DNA of 64,000 bases, taken from NCBI RefSeq assembly GCF_009914755.1, contig NC_060935.1; one strand, 5' to 3'. Below, piece after piece: positions 1 through 14,630 of the stretch. Both the position numbers and the translations under genes were made by a program. The DNA is from the human T2T-CHM13v2.0 reference genome, Homo sapiens. The notes beneath the pieces were generated by a model. That model worked only from the letters and a program-made list of their open reading frames with translations. It made no database searches and was not told the origin of the DNA. Every line of letters begins with the position of its first letter. Position 1 is the stretch's first letter.

Positions 1-151
1 ATTCCTTTACCTGGTTCCACTGCTCCTCTGAGAGTACCTATCACATTGTAAATTCTCGTCACTTCATTGGTAGAGTGGATGTGCATCTTGACTTTTCTAA
101 TGCAAAAATAAAAGACATTCTTAAAAAAAAAAACTGGTTAACAGATTAACA

Positions 152-785
152 CTATAAGGTTTAAGGGAATTTTCCCCTCTGCCTTTGAAGGTTCAAGTCT
201 GGTAAAATAAACTGAAAATTGATTAACAGGAGAAAAGGCATACAAACTTACTAACACACCAGTGTATACAGGAGCCAAACAAAATATGAGACTCAAACAA
301 AGGCCAAATGGCTAAAGTTTAACTAGCACCCTCTTCATAGAGGAGGGGGAAGTGGGGGAGTGCAGGTGGTTTTGAGGGGTGGTAAATGGTTTTCAAGAGA
401 GTTAAATGGGCCCAAAGAGCAGGCAATAGTTTATAAATAATTCTCTTTGGAACTTGAATGGAACTAGAGAACAGTCAACAGCTTGTGACAAAGCCTGTGC
501 AGATAAAGTGATATGCCTCAGTCTTCCTTCCCACTACATGAGTTCAATCTTCCCTGGTTAATAAAATTTCAGGGAGGGGAAGGAAAGTCATTGTCTTCCT
601 TCTGCAGGAGCTTCAGATAAGGGAACTTCAGAGAGAAACTTACACTCTGCTCTTGTGGGGTGAAGTAAGAGGTCAGAATTATTGATTCTGAAGCTGCATC
701 TAAGGACTTTTATCCTTTAGTTCAAAGTGCTCAGCATGTCAAAACACCATACTTTGGGTTATTCATTTTCTGAGTTCCAGCAACA
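152..785 (-). mobile_element. ERV1 solo LTR, MER34/MER39-like
   Basis: Reverse strand begins TGTTGCTGGAACTCAGAAAATGAATAACCCAAAGTATGGTGTTTTGACATGCTGAG, resembling the MER34-group 5' end. Confidence 0.6.
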
Positions 786-977
786 CTCATAATTTTTAAA
801 TCTTCAATCTTGCTTAAAGATTTCTAATTGTTCACAGGCAAAAATTACACTGGTTCTAACTTGCAGTTTTGTTTCCTGCTGGTATTACATAAATTTTACT
901 TTTTCTGTCATCCTCTATAGTATTTTTTTCTTTAAGTCTCCCCCTTAAAAGAGTTAAAATTAAAATAGTCTCTTAAC

Positions 978-1076
978 TGTGTAGAAAAGTTTCCAGTAAA
1001 GCCAGGTCCAACATTGTAGGGCACTTTGAGACTTCCTCTCCAGCTGCTATCTGGTGGTGCTGAGCCACCCATTTTT
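978..1076 (-). CDS. FOLH1: FOLH1 exon 8 (99 nt): [32 protein letters not shown](Q)
   Basis: Acceptor aatag|A, donor CA|gttaag; frame continuous with exon 7. Confidence 0.97.
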
Positions 1077-2578
1077 CTATTGGACACAAAAAAACATTAT
1101 TAGCCACAAAAAAACCTTGAAGTAACGCATTAAAATGTTAATGGATTCACTTTATTGAGCATCTGCTCATAATATCTTTAATGAGTGCAAAGTGCTTTGA
1201 ATATAATACGTCATTTAAACCTTACCATAATTCTGAGGAATTGCTACCTCCACTTCACAGATGGGGCACAGGAGGCTTAGATAACATGCCCAAAGTCATG
1301 CAACTAGTAAATGGTATAATTAAGATTCAAATTATTGATAAGAATTTGATCTGCCTTACCAGTATCTAGTAGTAAATCTAAAAGTGCTTTCCAGAGCATG
1401 TGCTGAAGAAAGAGCTTGATGTCTAACTCTCTGAAATTTTCCATTCTTATTTGTCTCACTGGTATATAGTTATTTTTTACAAAGTACTTTCATACACACC
1501 TACTAAGAAGACAGGAGGATCAAAAGAAAGGATTTCATTTCAGAAGCCCCTAAAAGCTTCACGCTATTTTTTAAAATTCAGAAATAAAGATTCAGGCAGA
1601 CCACCCAGTATATGCCATGGTCCCTGGTTATCTTTCAGCAGGTGACCGAGAAAGAAAACATGGTAATGTTTATGAAATGGTGGGGTTCTTGTAGTTTCAC
1701 TTCAACATATCTGCCTTTACTGTATTAAGATGATGGATTAACTTATTCTTGATATGGGCATGTAAAACAATATACTTTTACTAAACAGCTACAGAGAGAC
1801 AAATGTGTTTCCAGACAAACTTAAGAGACTGAGTGTTCAAACTGAATAATCTCGACCTTAATTGTAACTATATTTTTATGAAAATCCAGCTGTAAGGCAA
1901 AAACAGACTTCTTTGGGCCTACCACGGGCATTTTGTTCCTGTTAAATGAATACTCCAAACCTTAAACCCAGCTCCACTTAAATAATGGCCTGGAAAAATA
2001 AATGTCATTATCTGATATTATACTGAGATGTTTAGTTATGAAATCAAAAGTGGAGAATTTCAATCTGTCCTGTAAGGCTTTCTCTGCGGTCACGCACCCT
2101 CATGCACTCCAGGCTGTGCGGTGCAGCATGCTCTGTCATGTCCTGTTTTCTTCTGTGCCTGTACACGGGTGGTTGTTCCCTGTCTACCTGTTTGAGGAAA
2201 TATGAATAGCTCAACTTAACCTAGAATCTACTGCACATGCAATAAGGAAACAATCAGTAAGATCACTTTCTCGTGGAAAATTCATTAGAATTAACATCTC
2301 GTTTTAAAATGCTCTATCAAAGTGTAAATAATTCCTCTCTCTTTTCCCTTTTTCACTAAGGAGTTTGTATATTAAACAGAATTTCAAGTAATGTATTATA
2401 AAATTTATTTAAACTATTTACAATAAAATGCCACGTATAAAGCATCAAGCAACATGAAGAGGCATTTTACATTGGTAGAAAGCACAATACATAGTCAAAA
2501 CAGCAGAGTATTAAATAAACAGAAAATTTGCAAAAGGCAAGTAAAGAATATACATATACTTAATTATACATAAAATAT

Positions 2579-3428
<850 letters not shown>

Positions 3429-4433
3429 AATACACTATAAACTAATAACATCAGTTGCTTTGGGGGTGTAAATGGATGAGAGGAAAACTTTACTATAAAT
3501 CCTTTTGAATTGTGAACTTTGTAAATGTATTTCCTTTTCAGAATAAAAATTAATAGTCCATATTTCCATAAAACAACACAATATAAAACCACGATTGTAG
3601 TGTCCCCACAAGGAGGTAAACAAATAACTAGAAGAGAACATAATAATAGTTATATATAAGAATCTAATATACCAATGAAAAAAATAATGCACATACATGG
3701 AGAAGTTTCAGTTGAAAAATGTTACTGAAATTTCTCTTTAGGTTCTCTTTAGGTTCTCTTTAGAAATAAATCTCTTTAGGTCATTTTCTCACTTTATAAA
3801 TAAAAAATAAATTCCACAAATATTTAATAGTTGAATATTAAAATTTCAAACCACAAAAATATTAGAAAGTACCATTAAATGTTGGAAAATGTCTCCAAAC
3901 ATATTTGGTAGATGGTAGATGTCCAGTAATTAATGTATAGACAGTATTGAGTTTATAATTCTGTATCTTGTAGCATATTAATTTTGATTTGACAATTTGG
4001 AGAAGACTTGTTGTCTACTATGTTTAAGGCACTGTGTTTTATTCACTAAAAAATATAAATATATACAAGACTCAGTCTTTCCACCAAAGAGTTTATAAAT
4101 CACTCAGAAGAAAATACATATAAAACCAATCATAATATAAAACAGAACATCACAGAGCAAAGGTAAAATTCTAAAAAATTTGGACAAAAGAAAGCTTGAA
4201 TCAGCTTGTGAGATCAGGAATTACTTTCTAAAGAAGGTTTCACTTGATCTGGATTTTAAAGATGAATAAGGGCCGGGCATGGAAAAATGAGGGCGAAGAG
4301 CCTTCCAGGCACAGAGGCAGGCAAGCATAGAGCAAGTGTAAGGCATGATGACTATTCTGGCTGGGATATAAAATGACTAAGATTCCTTGAGAAAGAAATT
4401 GAAAAATAGTGTAACTCAAGTGCACATGGAGCA

Positions 4434-5030
4434 TTTTTCATAATAAATCATGTCTGTAAAACGAGCCTGGATAAATTTAAAAGGTTGAAATTATACAATC
4501 ATTTTATTACTCATATACTTCTTTTACTAATCCAACCACAATAAAAGGAATTTAGCAATCAATAACAAAAGTAAATTTAGGAAATTCACAAATATATGGA
4601 AATTAAACAACTAACTCCTAAATAACCAATGGGTCAAAGAAGAACTTGCAAATACAATTTAAAAATGCTTTGAGATGAATGAAAATGAAGACACAACATA
4701 CCAATATTTATGAGATGCAGCAAAAACAGTGCTTAAAGGAAAATACATAGCTGTAAACACCTATATAGAAAGAATCTCAAATCATTAAGCTAAGCTTTCA
4801 CCTTAAGAAACTGGACAAAGAAAACTAAACTAAACTCTAAAGCATAAGAAAGGAAATTACAAAGATTGAAAGAGAAATAATAAAATAAATAGAGAAAATC
4901 AATGAAACCAAGGGTGATTCTTTAAAAAGATCAACAAAATTAGCAAACCATTAGTTAAACTGACCAAGTTTAAAAAGTAATTACTAAAATCAAGAATACA
5001 AGATAGGACATTACTACTGACTTTACCTAA
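4434..5030 (+). mobile_element. Old L1 (L1M) ORF2 fragment
   Basis: Decayed ORF2 motifs: ggaaattaaacaac..ctcctaaataaccaatgggtcaaagaa, aatgaaaatgaagacacaacatacc, aaaatcaatgaaaccaa. Confidence 0.8.
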
Positions 5031-6167
5031 TTCCTACTTCTACCACAGTGCCTGAAATATAAAAGTCATTCTATAAATGTTTCTTGAGTGAGTGGGCTGT
5101 GAGACGCCATTAAAGGTCTCCCGAGCAGAGGCATAAGAATGAGCCAATACTATAATCAACAGAGGTGGCTACTAAATGCTTGCGTCATTGAGTAGAGAGT
5201 AAGTAGTGTTTACCAAAGTGTCTTTTGCATCAGACATGAATTTGGGCCCTGGCTCTCTCACTTACTCTCTGAACATTGGTTACAATGAGTATCACAATAC
5301 TAACTCATATTGTTGTTTTATAGGTTAATTGAGGAGATGTGTGTAAAGCATTTAGCACAACAGTAAGTGCTAAAGCGTAATTAGCACTCCATGCAGGATA
5401 CATGCTATTACTGTTGCCGTTGGCACTATAATTATCGTCCTGGAAGTTACTGTAGAAGGCAAATTAAAACCACATAATCACACTGTGTTCAGGGTACATG
5501 TAAAGAAAAATAGGAAACAGTATATATGGTGTCCCCTTTCTGTCCCACTCAAGTCAACATTGAAGTTTTTAACATCACTCACATTTCATCAACTTTTTAT
5601 TTAAGTTCTCAGCATTCTTCGGCCATTATATGACTTTATATCTCTCCTCATTTACTCACACATTTATTAATAAACTTTTATTTCATGATATATTCCATTT
5701 GTAAAACACTGTCTTTTCTAATTAGTGCACAATGCTAAACTGCTAACCACTTGAGAGAACCTCAGAATTGAGTATCTTGGCACACTCCCAAGGTACGTGT
5801 GCCAAGAGAGTAAATTTTCACAGTGAAATTCATAAACAAACCATATGTTCTTTTAAACAATTTTTTAAAACTAAATTCCACTTATATGGACTGTTTCATT
5901 ATGGCTTAGAAAGTATAGGTGGATAAATAGTGTCTATTTTTAATTATGAAATTTTGAATGTAAAATGCACTTTTTCATGAAAGTTATGTTATTAATGGTG
6001 ATTGTATTTGTAAAATGGCTTACAGAGGCTGACACAGTAATGTCAGATGAATTGTGTTTGTTATTTTTCAATCAATCAGATAATTCCATTACACAATCAG
6101 AGCACAGCTGATATTGACCTAGTAAACCAGACCAAATCGTAGACGTCTAAATAAATCTCACATCTAA

Positions 6168-6531
<364 letters not shown>

Positions 6532-7168
6532 CCATGTTTTAATTTTTTATAAAACTGAGATAATACTATATATATATAGTTTTGAAATTTGCTTTTCTTC
6601 ACTTAATAATATAAGCATTTTTCTATATTATTAATTATTCTGGTACTACATATAATATCTTTTAATCACTTCATTTACTATCAGAGTAATTAATGTATTA
6701 TTCGAGTACATATAAATTGTTGAAGATTTGTGTTGTCTACAGTTTTCCACTATTACAAGTAATGCTAAAATCACTTTTATCTTTTAAATGTCATGAATAC
6801 TTAGTCTTTATTTATACATATTTTTAGGCAAATGCATAGTCTATGGTGCTATCAAAAGTTGTGCCTGGTCCTGAATCTTAACCAATGCAGTAAATCTTAT
6901 AGCCCCAAGGAAGAAAGACCAGGGTACTTTCTTAATCTGCCCTTAAATTGAACAGATGTGTCCTACTCCCCAGACGTCAGCCTCCTCACCTCTAAAAATG
7001 AGTGCCTTGCCCTTGGTCAAAAAGTGCTTCCTCATAGATACTGGAATAAAATTAGTAAGAAAGGCTTGAACTTAAAGAAGAAAAGGGACTACCTGGCCAG
7101 ACGCTTTGGTCTCTATCAATTTCACTTTTAGAAAAGCCAGTGTTCTCTCACCTCTAAAGAATAATGGT

Positions 7169-7474
<306 letters not shown>

Positions 7475-7643
7475 GGACATGGCAATGGGAGAAAGCAGCA
7501 CAGGGAAGAGGAAACAGTTCCAATGCCAGGTTAAGCAGAACAAATCTGGGAAAGTTTCAATAATGAAAGCAGAAAGTTTCAATAATGAAAGCAGAAGGGG
7601 AAGAAGAATAGAGATAAAAACAAAATGGAAGTTGCTCTCATAG

Positions 7644-8085
7644 TGTGTTATTCTGGGTCCTCCCAGACGTAGCCAGTAAGAGGAATATATGAGTAAGAGA
7701 TTTACTAGGGAAAAGCATGTGTGGAAAATGAGGAGAGAGCTAGGAAACCCTGAGAAAGTCCTTAGACTGCAAGGTAGGTCTAATATTGAATAAAGGAAAA
7801 AGGGAGGAGGAAAAGAAAGAGGAGTGTTGGGTGCAGCATCTATTTAAGCGAGGCTATCAAGGAGTCCCTGGGCCAAAGTTTTGCATCAGAGGAGTCCAGT
7901 GCCTTCCAGAAACAGGCCTGCAGTAGTATCCTTGCCACACTGAGTCATTGCCCGAGAACACCTACAGGAAGCATGGTCTTGACACAAATATAGTGGGGTT
8001 TCAAAGCACAATGTCTGGAGCAATTGATCAATTAGGTTCCCTGAAGTTAAACATCTGAAAGGTTCATTTTCATGGCTGTCATACA
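7644..8085 (-). mobile_element. ERVL LTR, LTR41-like
   Basis: tgtgttattctgggtcctcc...agagatttactagggaaa...cttagactgcaaggtaggtct resembles reverse LTR41. Confidence 0.5.
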
Positions 8086-8271
8086 CTAGATACTCATGTA
8101 TATACTAAATTCCAGAACAGAACCACTCTTCTATTTTATACTGATAAAATTACAAGCAACACCCATGTTGGAAAATTTAAGTACTAAAAAATGGAGATAA
8201 AAGCCTAACATTTGAAAACTGTCAATAAGAAAATTACCCAAATAGCCATCCATGGTTTCTTACAAACTTAC

Positions 8272-8365
8272 TCTAGGAGCTTCTGTGCATCATAGTATCC
8301 AATTGGATGAACAGGAATACTTGGAAGACCAACAGCCTCTGCAATTCCACGCCTATAAGCATATT
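8272..8365 (-). CDS. FOLH1: FOLH1 exon 7 (94 nt): YAYRRGIAEAVGLPSIPVHPIGYYDAQKLL(E)
   Basis: Acceptor t10cag|AA, donor GA|gtaagt. Confidence 0.98.
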
Positions 8366-8469
8366 CTGAAAAAAAAAATTGCCATATTTCCAGTAAAAAC
8401 TCAGTTTCATTCAAACGGTTCTCTATAAATCACATTAAATACATTCTAATTTCACATTTGCTAGAATTG

Positions 8470-9145
8470 TTAAAGTAAAACAGATTAACAATTCAAATGT
8501 TAGCGAGAATGCAGAGCAACTGAAATCCTCATACATTGCTTGTGATAATCTAGGCTAAAATTATACAATCACTTAAGGTAACTCTTTTGAAAAGCAATGT
8601 CAAGCAGAAATGTGCACTATGGCACAGCAATTCCACTCCTGGGTACTCTAGAAAGATGAGCACATGCCCACAAGAAGACGTGTACAAAATTGTTCATAAC
8701 AGCCACATTTATATTAGCCAAATATTAGACAAAGTCTAGGTTTCTAACAACAGAAGAATGAATAAACAATCCGTAGTATAATCCCACAATGGAATGCTAC
8801 TCAATCATCAAAAGAAAAAAACTAATACATACAATATGATAGAAAATCTCAAATTACTACACTGAAATAAGCAAGGCTTTAAAAAAAAATCTACTGTTTG
8901 ATTCCACTTACTTGAAGTTCAAACCCAGGCAAACGAATACACGATGCTAGATACTAGATAGTGATTGCTTCTAGGGGACACAGAGAAAATTGACCAGAAA
9001 GGGGTACAAAAGAACTTTCCAGAGTGATGGAAAGGCCCTTATATTCTATTTTAAGTGACATAAACACATGCAATTTGCAAAATTTATTGAACTGAACTCT
9101 TGAGATCTATGTATTTTATTGCATGTAAACTGTACCTCAAAATAA
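8470..9145 (+). mobile_element. L1ME-type 3' end
   Basis: gagaatgcagagcaactgaaatcctcatacattgct, gcaattccactcctgggta, gattccacttacttgaagttcaaa motifs. Confidence 0.7.
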
Positions 9146-10791
9146 GCACACACATCCTATCATTTCTTCAGACTTAAGAAAAATCAGAGTTGTTTTTCCA
9201 TTTTTTTCTCTGTTTTTAAAACAATCTAATAAGAAACTTAGGTAACTGCAAATCCTTGTTTTTATGGGTAAAATGACACAATGATATGCTGTGTGGGATT
9301 TGTTTTCAAATTCTTTAGAATAATAGCAAAATAAAATTGGAGAGATAAACAAATAAAACAAGATTGACAACATGTTGATGACTGTCTCTACTTTTGTATA
9401 TGTTAGAATTATGCCATAATAAAAAGTAAAATTAGAAAGAAAATAAAAATGTATAGAGCACAAAATATAATTCAATAAACATTAGCCCCATAGAAATAAC
9501 ATAATTTCCCCCTAAAATACCATCATTCAAATTTGAAGAAAATCAACAGAAACATTCCAGTTAATCTCATTTTATTTTCATTATTTTGACTTTGCATAAC
9601 TAATAAAGCTTAGGCTAAGCTGCATTTTTTAAAACTTGGAAATAAAAAGGTGGAGCAAATGAAGTTCAGGTAGATTTATATAATTTTACTATAGGGTAAT
9701 ATGTGTCATTTTTTAAAAAAGAAAAAAATCTCTGACAATGTATTATGTTCTAAGAAGATTTACAAAGCCAAAAAAAATACATACTCTTTACAGGAGTCTA
9801 CAATTTAAGAGTAAAACCAGATGAAGACATAAATGTCATAGAAAACTTGGCAAAGTATTTTATACAAGTTTTAAAAATTTAGTTAGCTTTAAACCCCACA
9901 AACTTAATGATCACAGATTTTTGTAAACATCATTAAATAGTTGAGCACATTCAAAATAAATTAGCTCCCTTTGTTAATGTTTTACAGGGGAGCCTTTCAG
10001 CATAAGACTACTATGTGGACTCTGTGAGCCAGACTGCCTGAATTTGAATCCAACTGCCCATTCAGAGGAGGGGTGATCTTGGGCTGACTTCTAGTCTCAC
10101 TTTCCTCCCTGTGAATAAGAGATAATAACACCCCCTAGCTTTAGGGTTGTTAATGCAAGTAAAATGCTGGCATTTAGGAAACACTCTTTGAAAGTTATCT
10201 CTGTTATCTTACAGAAATGAAGCAATATGCATTTCCTGGGCCCTATATCCTAAATTGGCCATTTAAAAAGTTTATGGAACTTCTGCTCTCCTGTCCCTTA
10301 CCCACACTGTGAAATCTGTAAATCTGGGGGGAATTTATTTAACAGCAAAACCTGATCTGACCTGAACTCATTTGAAAGCAAAATTTGACTTGAGTAGACA
10401 TAAGTCTGTTTATATTCCTTATTCCCCGCCCCCCACTTACTACTTAGCGTAAGTATTCATACACTCTGCAACAAAAATATTTATATGCTTTTTCCCCATA
10501 TTCTGTCCCAGCCCCCTATGTCACTGTTATGCAAGTTATGGTATATGTGTAACACCATAATGTTTTTTAAATAGCTGAATAAGTCTGAATTTGAAAGCCC
10601 ACCAGGCCCAAGTTTCAAAATAAGGGGGTAAGGGGCCTGAACCAATCACTTTAGAGTTCAAAATTCTTTCATTCTTAAATGCAAAGAGAATAAAAAAAGA
10701 CATGCTTAGTCCATTGTACCAAAGGAAATTCTTTAATAAAGTCTCTTTCAAATGTTAAGTTTCCTATGATATTCAAGGATTGATCATTCAC

Positions 10792-10978
10792 CATTTGCTG
10801 GGTAACCTGGTGTGAGAGGGTCTCCTGCACCATTCAGATTTAGGATATTTCCACGCTGGACACCACCTCCAGGAAGATTCCAACCGTCTGGATAGGACTT
10901 CACCCCAGGAGCAAAGTAGTCAGCAGGGTCGGAGTAGAGAATGACTCCTTTGGCCCCTGCCAGCTGGGCATTTTTAAC
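10792..10978 (-). CDS. FOLH1: FOLH1 exon 6 (187 nt): [62 protein letters not shown](E)
   Basis: Acceptor ttttctag|GTT, donor AATG|gtgaat. Confidence 0.98.
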
Positions 10979-11766
10979 CTAGAAAACACAGTGTCTTTCT
11001 TTCCTTATTTTAAATTGGTTGTTCCAGATTCGGTAATATCAATTTTCAATATTACACTTAAATGAGTACCAGAACTTTATCTTCAACCTTTTCTCATTAG
11101 GCCTACAACAAAGGACATCTCGGATAGAATTTCCCTTTTCTTTTTGCTACTATAAGCTCTAAAAATCCTCAGAACATCAGATTTAGAAATGTTCTTATTA
11201 GTGGTAGTGAGCATTTGCTATTTCCTACCACTAGCTTACAAATATAATAAGCAAGTAGACCCCACAGGCCAAATTCCTATTTGTTCTACAGTCGAAAGGG
11301 AATTTTTTAAAATTTAATTTCCCACTAAAGAGAAAAATATATTAACAAATCAAATGACAGTAATTTTTAAATTTGCTATGTGTAAATTGTTTTCCCTCAT
11401 TATTTATAACAATTCATACTACAATTTAATTTAGTAAACATTTTTGTAGAAAATATTTAAAACAAAGATACTGAAAGTTAATAATAAACCCAGTGCATGC
11501 TTCTTTGTAGGCCACAGCCATAACCTGTAAGCACAGAAAAATTTGTTCTGTTCACTCTAAACATCTACACTGGCCAAATTCCAATGCTCGAATTTAACCC
11601 CGGGATATAACCTAGTAAATGTGTCCTCTCTGTAAGGTGGGCATGTCACAGAATACAAGAAAATAATGGTATTCATAAAGTTTTAAGAAAATGATTCTAC
11701 ACATGTAAAACCCACTATAACTTTTTACATTGGGGGAGAGAAAAAAAGAGATAATTTTTACCTTAC

Positions 11767-11892
11767 CTTATTTCCTCTGAAAACTTTCCCATATCTGGCA
11801 ATTACAATTTTCCCAGAGCAATTGATTTTCATGTCCCGTTCCAATTTAAAGAAGTCTTCAGTTCGTGCATAGTTAACATACACTAGATCGCC
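11767..11892 (-). CDS. FOLH1: FOLH1 exon 5 (126 nt): [42 protein letters not shown] (PA/apical domain)
   Basis: Acceptor caacag|GGC, donor AAG|gtaagg; phase 0-0. Confidence 0.98.
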
Positions 11893-12794
11893 CTGTTGAG
11901 ATCGGGAATGACTTAATATGAGTCAGATATAAAACAAGGAGGTTTTTCTGCATGGGGACTGTTGGACATTTTTGAAAGAGGGAAGAGGTCAGAGCACACA
12001 GGAAGGTCAGAAATGCATGAGCTCCAAAGAAGAGATTCAAGGGAAAAATGAATTTAAATTGAGAATGGAATTAGATGGGCTAGAAGCACATGAATAAAGT
12101 AATATTTGTTTGTATTTGTCCCATATTTAGTGGCTACGAAGCTGAAGCTACAGAAGCACCCCCCCCACACACACACAGAAAAGCATATACGTGTACACAT
12201 TGCTGCACGCAACTTGAAGGTGTCCAGATACCCTAGGCTAAGAAGCCCTTAATGAGACCTTTTCTCTCTTCAGTGTGTGTTCACAGGGAGTAGCTTAATG
12301 GTTCTTAACAACCACCAAGTAAAGAAAAATGCACAGGTAACATCATTGCTTCACAGGTCTGATTTCAATCATTAAGTGATTATGTGCAAATCTTATAACA
12401 TATTTGAGTCTCGATATTCTCATTGGCTCAATGATCTGTTAGATTAAATCAGTGATCTTCCAACCTTTTTTGCTCACCTATTCCCTAAATTAATTTTGAC
12501 AATGTACCCCTTCATCTAAAATTTAAAATTTTTTATCATACCTTTAAGTAGCTGCAAAGCATGCAATATCTAGCTTACTATAAATATTAATATTTTTAGA
12601 AGAAATTGTATACAACTTTTATATTGATCCAAAGGATTTAAATACTGTATTTATTTACTATTCAACATCATCAATTTTAAAAAATACATGAACATGCTGT
12701 TCTTTACAGTCAAAATTTTGTCATCTCTTTTTTTTTCTTGAACTTGTATATTGTCCATCTTCCCCCACAGAATTTTACTCTAAAGTAAAATATA

Positions 12795-13210
12795 TTTGTG
12801 CTGGGCACCAGATGAGCTGTCCAGATTCACGGTCAATGAAGGACTTTTTGCTCCAGCTGCAGGGAAGGCTCTCTGCAGACAATCTTCATCTGTCAGCCCC
12901 TTCAAGGATTGCCTCAGCTGTAGACAGCCCCCTTGCTCAAGGTCATGTCCCTTTCTAGAATGCCACACATTCAGTGACTGATTGATGTGAGGGTACAGAG
13001 ACCTGGACATCTCAGTCTAACGTAGGACAATTCTGAGAAACTATTCCAGACCTCCTTATGGGCTTAGCCAAGGCTATCCTTCAGCTGGCATTGCAGGGTG
13101 ACTTCTCCCTCTGCCTAATCCAGCTCTGCTTTTCACAGATGTTGATCCCAAGAGAACACTCCACAATTATCAACTAGCATTCTAAATTTCAATTCAGAAT
13201 CTATTACCTT
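12795..13210 (+). mobile_element. ERVL LTR, LTR33-like
   Basis: cagccccttcaaggattgcctcagctg, acttctccctctgcctaatccagct, cacagatgttgatcccaagag motifs. Confidence 0.6.
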
Positions 13211-13355
13211 AAATATGGGTATGCTTGAAAGTCTTTTATTAATCACTGTCAAATTTCCTTGAATCAGTATATCTTTATAAGTCAAATTTTTTTAAAAATT
13301 TATTTTTGTGACAGATTGTGTTAAGAAACAGCTTCAAGAGTAAGTTATAATTATA

Positions 13356-13652
13356 GGCCAGGCATGGTGGCTCATGCCTGTAATCCCAGCACTTTGGGAG
13401 GCTGGGTTGGGTGGATCACTTGAGGTTGGGAGTTCAAGACCAGCCTGGCCAACATAGTGAAAACCCATGTCTACTAAAAACACAAAAATCAGCTGGGCGT
13501 GGTGGCACCGCCTGTAATCCCAGCTACTCGGGGGCTGAGGTATGAGAATTGCTTGAACACGGGAGGTGGAGGTTGCAGTGAGCCAAGATCATACCACTGC
13601 ACTCCAGCCCGGGCGACAGAGTAAGACTTGGTCTCAAAAAAAAAAAAAAAAA
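13356..13652 (+). mobile_element. AluS
   Basis: Full-length Alu; TSD taagttataattata. Confidence 0.93.
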
Positions 13653-14630
13653 AGATAGATTAAGTTATAATTATAATTACTAGCAGTATCAAATTAAGTC
13701 TAACAACATCATTGCAATTCTTATATATAATGCATAACCATAAAATTTGATTAGAAATATATCTTTTAATGCAATGAGTGGGACAGTGAAGCGTTATCTT
13801 AACACATTTGTTCAGTGGGTGAACAAATTATTGCTAGAATGAGACTGGGATCAGCAACAACAGTTCAATTTACATTTCTTGTTTTTACAGTAAGTTCTGA
13901 GAAAACTTGGATAGGAATGAAAGATTTGTTATGGAATTGTTACTAACTTATTTAAACTTCTTTCAAGTTATAATCTGAAAATCACAAATTGATCCATCAT
14001 TCAAGTGTCTTTTAATGATATTAGCTGGAAACTCAATTGGGTTTACCTTTAATTTTGCTCAATTGTAAACCATTTGAATTGCTAAGAATTTGTTACGTAG
14101 CTATTAGAACCATTCACTATCTTAACATTGAAAACAATATTTCTAATTGTCTCTTTTTTTGAAGCCCCAGAGATTTTTACAACACAGATATATGCTTCAT
14201 ATTGACTTAGAATGGGTAGGAGATGTTTTTCATTTATAAAATAAGATGAAAATGCTTGTAAATAGGGAGCAGGACCTCACGACAGGCTAGCTTTCAATAC
14301 CATGAAAAAGCGCACAGGGTAATTGATGATCTGCAAACTGATCTCTTTAAAACCATGTCATGCTTGCCTTTCGAAAGTCTTTACACAGCCTAGTTTGAAA
14401 CCCCTGTCCCAGATGATTTCCAATATCCTATCATTTTATTTTGGTTATTGTTTTCCTTTTTGACTACATTTTTCATAGCATGTACACGACAAATATACAT
14501 AAGATATTAAAATAGAATTGTTTCCAAGCTGATTCTAGGATTAATTTGACAAATTGGTGAAGATCTATTATGTGTTAGGCAGTGCCCTATGTAATACAAC
14601 AAATCTCTGCCCTTGAAGGAACTTACACTG

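Noticed and set aside
3732-3781. Short tandem duplications (11-bp unit at 3732; 20-bp unit at 28258-28299; ~15-bp unit at ~54519)
   Set aside because: Ordinary slippage repeats with no evident functional context.
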